Of a stretch of DNA of 31,770 nucleotides, positions 25,489 to 31,770 are shown one piece after another. The translations under genes and the position numbers were made by a program. This stretch comes from a virus (Duplodnaviria; Caudoviricetes), in IMG/VR virus record IMGVR_UViG_3300036824_000112, positions 1 to 31,770 of that record. One strand, written 5' to 3'. Each line of letters opens with the position of its first letter. Position 1 is the first letter of the stretch. A model generated the notes under the pieces. The model was not told where the DNA came from and did no database searches. It worked only from the letters and a program-made list of their open reading frames with translations.

Positions 25489-27186
25489 ATGGCATTTTCC
25501 CTGAGAAAGTTGTTCGGCGGGGGACGCGAGCCCCAGCCCTTGACAATCGCGCCGCCTGCACTGCCCGCGCTTGTGTCCGTTGACACTACTTCGTCCCCCC
25601 AGGCTGGGATCATGGACGGTACAGACGGCAGGCCATCGCTCATTTGGTCCCGGTACAACGCGCGACCTTTTACGGCTGGCTACATTAACGGTTGGCAGCC
25701 TTATTGGGGCTCGCCGGGGTCAGAGATCAGCCGTGAGCGTTCCCTTGTCGCGTCGATCAACTTGGACCTGTTGCATTCAAATCCCACCATAGCGACCCTG
25801 GCCGAGACTTTCGCGACTTATGCGGTGGGCACCGGCTTAACCCTAAGTTCGCGTCCGTATGCTGACATGCTCGGCATCTCGCCGGAAGAAGCGCGGGCGC
25901 TTGCGCACCAGATTGAAACCGCATGGGCAATGTGGGCGGGCAATGCTGCGGAGTGCGATGCATCCGGCCGATTCACTTTGCACCAGCTCGCGACGGAAGC
26001 ATTCAAGAGCTACTTGCTCACGGGGGAAACGGTCTTTCTTCTGGATTGGATGCAGGCAACCGGCGCGACGACTCGCACCAAGATGAACATGCTCGACGCG
26101 CGCCAGCTCGACCAGAGCATAACGCGTGTTGCGATCGGCGGCCCCAATAGCGGGAGCGTCCTTCAGGGCGTGCAGTTCGATCACAAGGGCAGGCTGGAAG
26201 GATACTGGGTCAGAAAGTTCATTCTCGGCAATACCAGCTCGGCGCCGCAGGCCGTGTTCGTCAAGGCCCGCACGCCATGGGGACGTCAGCGCGCGGTGCA
26301 TCTATTCGACCCGATAGTGCCCGGCCAGATTCGGGGCATCTCGCCGTTGGCCGCCGCGCTCACGTCGGCGCACGGCAAGAATACGTTGCGCGAATTCACA
26401 ATGGCTGCCGCATTGATCCAATCAATGATGACGACAACGGTCGAAAGCGATCTGCCCAGGAACGAAGCTCTTAAAGCATTTGCGTCCGATGACCCGCTGA
26501 CCCAGCAAGCCCCTCCACCCGGCTTTACACCGGAAGCGTGGGCGCAAGCCAAGTCTGACTATTATGGCAAAGTGCAAATCGATCTCAATCCGGGAATGAT
26601 TAACCATTTGCTTCCCGGTGAGCGGATGGAGCAGCACCGCTCTCAGTCACCTAACAACACCTACGACTCGTTCGATAAGTCTCTCGTTCGCGAGTCTGCA
26701 AAGGCGGCAGGTGGCAGCTATGAGGACGTGAGCGGGGACTACTCAAAGACATCCTTCAGCGGTGCACGCTTGGCAGCTGAACTGCCCTGGCGGATCAATA
26801 AGCGCCGACGCGCGGCCATCGTCGAGCCGTTCTATCGTGCGGCATTCGTCGCGTGGTTGGAGGAGGCTTGCGAGACTGGGCGCATCAAGCTGCCGACTGG
26901 TGCGCCAGCGTTTTGGCAAGCGCCCGATGCTTACGGCAACGCAGTATGGCGCGGCGAAGGAAAGCCGGTTGCTGATCCGCTGAAGGCAGCGCAAGCCGAC
27001 ATCCTCGAAATCGAAAACGGGCTTTCGACGCTTGAAGCCAAGCTCGGCGAGCGCGGCTTGGATTTTGAGGAAGTAGTCGCTCAGCGAAAGAGCGAGCGCG
27101 ATCAACTTGAGGCGGCGGGGCTCAACTATCCCGTGCCGAAGAACCGGGACGACTGGAAGCCTGAAGACGACGCGCCGTCAAAATAA
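25489..27186 (+). CDS. Portal protein, lambda family
   Basis: VGTGL, CDASGRFT, PGQIRGISPLA, GDYSKTSFSGAR, DPLKAAQA, ERGLDFEEV. Confidence 0.93.
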   Translation: MAFSLRKLFGGGREPQPLTIAPPALPALVSVDTTSSPQAGIMDGTDGRPSLIWSRYNARPFTAGYINGWQPYWGSPGSEISRERSLVASINLDLLHSNPTIATLAETFATYAVGTGLTLSSRPYADMLGISPEEARALAHQIETAWAMWAGNAAECDASGRFTLHQLATEAFKSYLLTGETVFLLDWMQATGATTRTKMNMLDARQLDQSITRVAIGGPNSGSVLQGVQFDHKGRLEGYWVRKFILGNTSSAPQAVFVKARTPWGRQRAVHLFDPIVPGQIRGISPLAAALTSAHGKNTLREFTMAAALIQSMMTTTVESDLPRNEALKAFASDDPLTQQAPPPGFTPEAWAQAKSDYYGKVQIDLNPGMINHLLPGERMEQHRSQSPNNTYDSFDKSLVRESAKAAGGSYEDVSGDYSKTSFSGARLAAELPWRINKRRRAAIVEPFYRAAFVAWLEEACETGRIKLPTGAPAFWQAPDAYGNAVWRGEGKPVADPLKAAQADILEIENGLSTLEAKLGERGLDFEEVVAQRKSERDQLEAAGLNYPVPKNRDDWKPEDDAPSK

Positions 27187-27200
27187 AGGTCAAAACCAAA

Positions 27201-27479
27201 ATGAACAACTGCATACCTAGCGGTGGGACAATTCCTGTCGTCGATAACCCGTGCGCGATGCTGCCTCAACTTCGCGCCGCGATGTACCAGCTCATGGGCG
27301 GACAGGCGCGCGCGGAAGTGAGGCACGGGGACCAATGGATGCGTTGGCACCGTGGCGAGTTGAAGGCCCTTCAGCACGAAGTGCGAAGGCTGGAAATCAT
27401 CTGCGAGTCCGGCATCAGCGCGGGCAGGGCTGTCCGCGTCGGGCCTCACTTTCCGCCGCGACGGCCATTCCGATATTGA
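27201..27479 (+). CDS. gpW-like head completion protein
   Basis: Helix-hairpin-helix: LRAAMYQLMGG-ARAEVRHGDQWMRW-ELKALQHEVRRLE. Confidence 0.75.
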   Translation: MNNCIPSGGTIPVVDNPCAMLPQLRAAMYQLMGGQARAEVRHGDQWMRWHRGELKALQHEVRRLEIICESGISAGRAVRVGPHFPPRRPFRY

Positions 27480-27489
27480 GGGTTACGAA

Positions 27490-28272
27490 ATGAAATCTAA
27501 CAACACAGTAGTATGGGTTCACCCGAACCCGATGCTCGACAGTTACGTCGTATTGCCTGACGGCTATCAGATGTCGCTGGGGGACGCCTTGGCGAAAGGC
27601 TTCACGGTCATCCCGTGGCCCGACAGCGAAAAGATTGCAACGGCCCATCCGCATGAGACAAATAACGTCGTCTTGTCGCGTGGTGTAATCGTTGGAAGCG
27701 AGACGGCTCGCAAGGCGGGCTTTCAGATGCGCGAGCAGGCCGCACCGCCAGCAAACAGCGCGCGCGCGTGGCGATCAGCCATTCTTACGCTGCCGGAAGC
27801 AAACGAGCGACCGGCCGCAGCCGTTGAGCTTGTGATGGCGCGAACTCCTGAAACCCTTTCGGTGGAAACCGCCCGCGCGTTCCTGCGTGGGCTGCCCGTC
27901 GAGACTACCACCACCCATCAACCCGAAGAGAAATCAATGACCGACACCGACCCGCGAGCCGCGCGCCGCGCCGAGATCACGCGGAGCATGGCCGCCTTTA
28001 ACCAGGGCAGGGGCTACACGGCACGAACCGCTCTGCCGGTTGCCCGTCAGGCCGCGCAGCCTGCCAGCCTGAAGCACGTCGAGCCCGCCAAGTTGAAGCG
28101 GCTTGCCGAGATCAGGCTGAACGCCATGGAGCACAACGGCAAGGGCCGGACCCAGGACGCGAAGCTTCTGCGGTTGGCTCTTGAGACGCACGCCAGCGTT
28201 GGAACGCCGTTCGATCGGCTCTGCGATCAGCTTGGCGTCGATACGTCCAAGCTACTCCCCAACTCCCACTAA
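27490..28272 (+). CDS. Second Nu3-like scaffold paralog with N- and C-terminal extensions
   Basis: WRSAILTLPEANERPAAAVELV...LSVETARAFLRGLP and DPRAARRAEITRSMAAFNQGRGY both align with the 25122-25481 protein. Confidence 0.55.
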   Translation: MKSNNTVVWVHPNPMLDSYVVLPDGYQMSLGDALAKGFTVIPWPDSEKIATAHPHETNNVVLSRGVIVGSETARKAGFQMREQAAPPANSARAWRSAILTLPEANERPAAAVELVMARTPETLSVETARAFLRGLPVETTTTHQPEEKSMTDTDPRAARRAEITRSMAAFNQGRGYTARTALPVARQAAQPASLKHVEPAKLKRLAEIRLNAMEHNGKGRTQDAKLLRLALETHASVGTPFDRLCDQLGVDTSKLLPNSH

Positions 28273-28293
28273 ACCCAACGAGGCCAAAACATC

Positions 28294-28629
28294 ATGTCAA
28301 ATACCGAAACCTTCTCGCTTTCGCGCCCGCTGAAAACGCACGACGGGGATATCAACGCATTGACGCTGCAAGAGCCGACAGCCGGTGCATTCATCGACCA
28401 CGGCGAGCCGTTCAAGCTGGTGCCGCGCAAGGGCGAGGACGGCGAGCAGGATGGGTTCACGTTCGTATACGACAATAACAAGGCGTTCGCGCACTTCCTG
28501 GTCGATATGATCGCGGAGAAGGTTGATGCGATCATTCTAAGGGGGCTCAGCGCGAGCGACTTTCATCGGCTTCGAGACCTCGCGACAAGCATCATATTGC
28601 TTGGGGTGCAGAGCGATCGCCCTATGTAA
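28294..28629 (+). CDS. Tail assembly chaperone (Mu gp41 / P2 gpE-like)
   Basis: LSRPLKTHDGDINALTLQEPTAG...LSASDFHRL; directly upstream of the TMP. Confidence 0.8.
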   Translation: MSNTETFSLSRPLKTHDGDINALTLQEPTAGAFIDHGEPFKLVPRKGEDGEQDGFTFVYDNNKAFAHFLVDMIAEKVDAIILRGLSASDFHRLRDLATSIILLGVQSDRPM

Positions 28630-28640
28630 CCGTCCAACGC

Positions 28641-28772
28641 ATGATCGCAGTAATGATGCGAGAGTTTGGAGTGCAGCCTTCGGAGCTGCACTCTATGCGC
28701 GTGGGGCGGCTTGTGACTCACATCAAGATGCAAGCGGACCTGACTAAGGTCCGCGAGAAAAATGCAAGGTAG
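28641..28772 (+). CDS. gpE'-like 43-aa chaperone extension in the -1 frame, not in the ORF track
   Basis: MIAVMMREFGVQPSELHSMRVGRLVTHIKMQADLTKVREKNAR fills the TAC-TMP gap. Confidence 0.6.
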   Translation: MIAVMMREFGVQPSELHSMRVGRLVTHIKMQADLTKVREKNAR

Positions 28773-28777
28773 GGCAC

Positions 28778-31030
28778 ATGTCTAATCCTTCAGTGACCGC
28801 GACGATCAGCGCGGACGACAAGGCCAGCCCGAAGCTGCGCGAGCTTGTCGAGCTGACACAGCGGCTGTCCCAAGCCGCCAAAGCCGCCTTTAACGAAAGC
28901 GCAGGCACCGGTTACGCGAACAGCTTCCGGCAAGCCAACACTGCGGCAATGCAACACCTCTCTGTCCTAGAGAGAATCCACAAGGCTCACGCGGCGATCG
29001 GCGCGACGGTTGCGGGGTATCTTGGCGGCAAGGCGCTGCACGCCGCTACCGATGCAGTCGGGAAATACCTGCCGCTTGAGCGCGGCGTACGTTACCAAGG
29101 CGCTGTAGGCGGCTATTCGGTTTCCGACATGGCCTTGCTTGAACGCCAGCGCATTGAGGCCGCCGTCAAGTACGGCATGAAGAATGAAGACGCGCTGCAT
29201 GGCCAAATGGCTTTCACAACGCGGGGCTACAATGCGGGCGTGACGGCGGCGGCAACTGATCAGGCTATCCGTCTTTCCAAGGCCCTGGATACGAAGGTTG
29301 AGGACGCCGCGAACATCATTGAGGGCCTGACGTTCGGCCGTGGTGCTCGGCTTCAGGACGCTGAGCAAGCAGCGCGTGAAACGCGCTACTCTGCGGACTT
29401 GGCGGCTGTCGCCGCGAAGAAGGGCGCAATGAAGCCCGAGGACGTTGCACAGTTCGGCAAGTACGCATTGGGCATGGGCACTGCGGCGGGGATGAGCCCC
29501 GAGCAAATGTTCGCAATCGGCATGACCCTGAAGAAGCAGGGCATTGGCGGCGATGAAGGGGGCGTGTTCACCCGCCAACTCGCGGCGCGACTCATGTCGC
29601 CTACGCGGGCGGGCATGGACGCGCTCGCGCACATGGGGATCAACTATGCGGACTATGCGCCGCAAGGCCCTGTTTCGGCGGATGCGATTGACGCCACGAT
29701 GCGCCGCAGGTTCGGTAAAGGTCTTTCGGCAGATTCCAGGACGAGCCTTCAGACCGCGATCGATGGTGGTGATGCCCTCGCCAGTCGCGAGAGTTTCGCG
29801 ACCGCTGTTCGCGAGGCCGTCGAAGCGAGCGGGGAGTCGCTATCGAAGACTGATCAGAAGCACCTTACCACGGCCGGGCTTGCCCAATACGATCTGGCGA
29901 AGGGAAAGCTACGGGGCTCAGAGCTGATCGAGTCCATCCTTCAGCGCGCATCTGCGCGGGACCTGCAAGCCTTCCTCGGTGACAAGCAGGGCGGCCGTGG
30001 CGCCGTGCTGCTCGACCATCTTGAGGATTACGCGAAGGCTAAGGGCGAGCTGCAAGGCGGGCAGGGTCTCACAGACAAGATCGCGGGCGAACGCATGCAA
30101 GGGTTGGCCGCAGCGATGGACCGGCTGACGGCATCAGTGGAGTCCGCGAGCAACAGTATGGTAAAGGCCAATCAAGGCTGGCTGACGCCCTTGGCGGAAG
30201 CCGGAGCCAAACTTGCAGGCTTCGCCGCCGGTCTCTCAGACGCACAGAAACAGGCGCTTAGCGTGTCGGCTGGCTTGGCTTCGCTGTCGGGCCTCGCGGC
30301 GGCCGGGGCGACAATCGCCTCGGTCATATCAAGCCTCACGGGCTTGGCTGCGAGCGCTAACATTGCATCGGCCGCATTGACACGGGTGGCGGGTGGCAGC
30401 GCCCTAGGAACAGCGGCAAGCGCTGCTGGGGGCGTCGCAGCCGGTGCGGCAGGGTCTCGCGTGGCTACCGGCCTGGGGGTCGCATCCAAGGGCTTCGGGT
30501 GGCTGTCGATAGCGGCACTATTCGGCCCCACGCTTTTAGACGAGTTGGGCAAAGAGGCGGCTGGTACTGACGACGCCAAGGGTGGCGGGGCCGCCAACTA
30601 CCGCAAGCAGCTCGCGCGGCTACACGCCCCCGAATTTGAAGACCTACTCGCCGACAACTCTGGCCCGTTAGATCGCTACCAGCCTGCTAACCCGTGGAAG
30701 AGACGACGGGGCGCTACCAGCGATTATCTTCGTCAGCTTGGCGCGTCGGACGACGGGGCTGATAGTGGCGTTGGCTGGCAGGACTCTATTCGCTCAGTCG
30801 CTCCGTCAACCGGCTTCAAAGACGTTGCGGTGACCGGCACTGTCACGGGTTCGGCAGAGCTTCACAACATGATTCAGGTCGACGTTAAGCCAACAACGTA
30901 CTTCGAGGGCGTGGTGCAGCGTGCGGAGAGCGTCGCGAACATGAACCTCAACGGCAAGCTTGGCACTAGCATGCAGGGTCCCGGTGACAACGGCACGAAG
31001 CCTGCACAGCCCTCGCTTGGCTCACAATAG
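28778..31030 (+). CDS. Tail tape measure protein (750 aa)
   Basis: N-terminal ATISADDKASPKL; TP901-type core AGMSPEQMFAIGMTLKKQGIGGDEGGVFTR; Ala/Gly-rich hydrophobic segments; follows the TAC. Confidence 0.9.
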   Translation: MSNPSVTATISADDKASPKLRELVELTQRLSQAAKAAFNESAGTGYANSFRQANTAAMQHLSVLERIHKAHAAIGATVAGYLGGKALHAATDAVGKYLPLERGVRYQGAVGGYSVSDMALLERQRIEAAVKYGMKNEDALHGQMAFTTRGYNAGVTAAATDQAIRLSKALDTKVEDAANIIEGLTFGRGARLQDAEQAARETRYSADLAAVAAKKGAMKPEDVAQFGKYALGMGTAAGMSPEQMFAIGMTLKKQGIGGDEGGVFTRQLAARLMSPTRAGMDALAHMGINYADYAPQGPVSADAIDATMRRRFGKGLSADSRTSLQTAIDGGDALASRESFATAVREAVEASGESLSKTDQKHLTTAGLAQYDLAKGKLRGSELIESILQRASARDLQAFLGDKQGGRGAVLLDHLEDYAKAKGELQGGQGLTDKIAGERMQGLAAAMDRLTASVESASNSMVKANQGWLTPLAEAGAKLAGFAAGLSDAQKQALSVSAGLASLSGLAAAGATIASVISSLTGLAASANIASAALTRVAGGSALGTAASAAGGVAAGAAGSRVATGLGVASKGFGWLSIAALFGPTLLDELGKEAAGTDDAKGGGAANYRKQLARLHAPEFEDLLADNSGPLDRYQPANPWKRRRGATSDYLRQLGASDDGADSGVGWQDSIRSVAPSTGFKDVAVTGTVTGSAELHNMIQVDVKPTTYFEGVVQRAESVANMNLNGKLGTSMQGPGDNGTKPAQPSLGSQ

Positions 31031-31039
31031 GAACTTGGA

Positions 31040-31462
31040 ATGCTATTTCCAGACAATCAGAACTGGCGTTCGGGCATGCAAGATGTGTCCGACGCCATTG
31101 ACGACACAATGGGCGAACTGGTGACGGTGACGCCTGCCGTGGCGCCTAAGCCCAACTTTCCCACGGTTGCGGACCCGTCGCGCTCGGTGACGACGACCGC
31201 AGTGTTTACGAACAGGGCAAAGACAATCATCTTGGGGAGCGAAGGGCGTATCGGCGGCCATTCTATCAGTCCGCTCGTAACTACCGCCGAACCAATCTTC
31301 AGCTTCAAGGACGGTGCGCTCCCGTTTCCCATCCTGCAAGGCTATCGGATCACGCGGCTTTGCAGCGGCGATCTTTACGAAGTGAAGGAAGTCAAGCCGG
31401 ATGGCGTATCGCGGATCATCGTTCCGGTCGTGCATCTCGGCATTCCGAAGGACGATCAATGA
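31040..31462 (+). CDS. Head-tail joining (gpFII-like) protein
   Basis: DAIDDTMGELVTVTP...YEVKEVKPDGVSRIIVPV beta-barrel pattern. Confidence 0.6.
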   Translation: MLFPDNQNWRSGMQDVSDAIDDTMGELVTVTPAVAPKPNFPTVADPSRSVTTTAVFTNRAKTIILGSEGRIGGHSISPLVTTAEPIFSFKDGALPFPILQGYRITRLCSGDLYEVKEVKPDGVSRIIVPVVHLGIPKDDQ

Positions 31463-31770
31463 TAGAGCGCGTTCAATACGCACCGCGATCGGGCGCGACG
31501 TTCGAAGCGTCGACAGATGTCCTGATCCCGGCACTGATGAAGCTGAAGGCGTGCCGGGATAAGATGGACGTGCTGATCCTGATGGATCAACTGCCGGACA
31601 TCATTCTGCCTGCGCTGACGTGGGTGGCCTCGCGCAAAACGTACATCCCGCACTTCGCGGTCGAAACGCTGGTGAAGTGCTGCGGGCCGCTGTTTTTAGA
31701 GCGCTGTTTGGGTAAAGCTCGGTCGCGAGAACTGTTGCGAAGATATCCGAAGCGGGCCGCGCTTGCCTAA
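31459..31770 (+). CDS. 103-aa hypothetical protein
   Basis: ATGA overlap with the upstream gene; GAAGGA RBS. Confidence 0.55.
   Translation: MIERVQYAPRSGATFEASTDVLIPALMKLKACRDKMDVLILMDQLPDIILPALTWVASRKTYIPHFAVETLVKCCGPLFLERCLGKARSRELLRRYPKRAALA

Larger units (their letters stand above)
14123..31770. mobile_element. Right integrated element: putative satellite with lambda-type packaging/neck genes and tape measure; right end outside the window
   Basis: P4-type integrase directly 3' of the tRNA; int-alpA-primase/helicase-ori core; cos, terminase, portal and TMP present, capsid absent. Confidence 0.8.

Noticed and set aside
1-31770. A single complete prophage, or two elements complementing each other into one virion
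   Set aside because: Two integrases, two replicons and two incompatible terminase types are present, and neither side shows capsid, tube or lysis genes.

Overview
GC-rich alphaproteobacterial DNA, Bradyrhizobiaceae-like judging from the protein families. A single tRNA-Ser(TGA) at 14033-14122 sits between two unrelated integrated elements, each with its own tyrosine integrase. LEFT element (<1 to ~14030, mostly minus strand): integrase, Arc-like repressor, excisionase, AAA_25 helicase with an iteron-like origin and DUF5681-type TerS. These are followed by a tightly coupled podovirus-type operon (tail-collar fibre, two ejection-like proteins, scaffold-like protein, TerL) with no recognisable major capsid or portal gene. 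RIGHT element (~14123 to >31770, mostly plus strand): P4-type integrase, AlpA, an orphan ECF sigma factor, Prim-Pol/helicase, an iteron origin and a lambda-like cos region. Its lambda-type head/neck module (gpZ, Nu1, gpA, portal, gpW, FII-like) carries two stand-alone Nu3-like scaffolds, a tail chaperone and a tape measure, but no capsid, protease, tube, sheath or baseplate. Both gene sets look intact and translationally coupled. The main hypothesis is two capsid-less phage satellites that supply scaffold, packaging and DNA-delivery parts and borrow the shell from a helper. The distal ends of both elements lie outside the window, so the missing genes could lie beyond it. All family assignments come from motif recognition by eye, not database searches.
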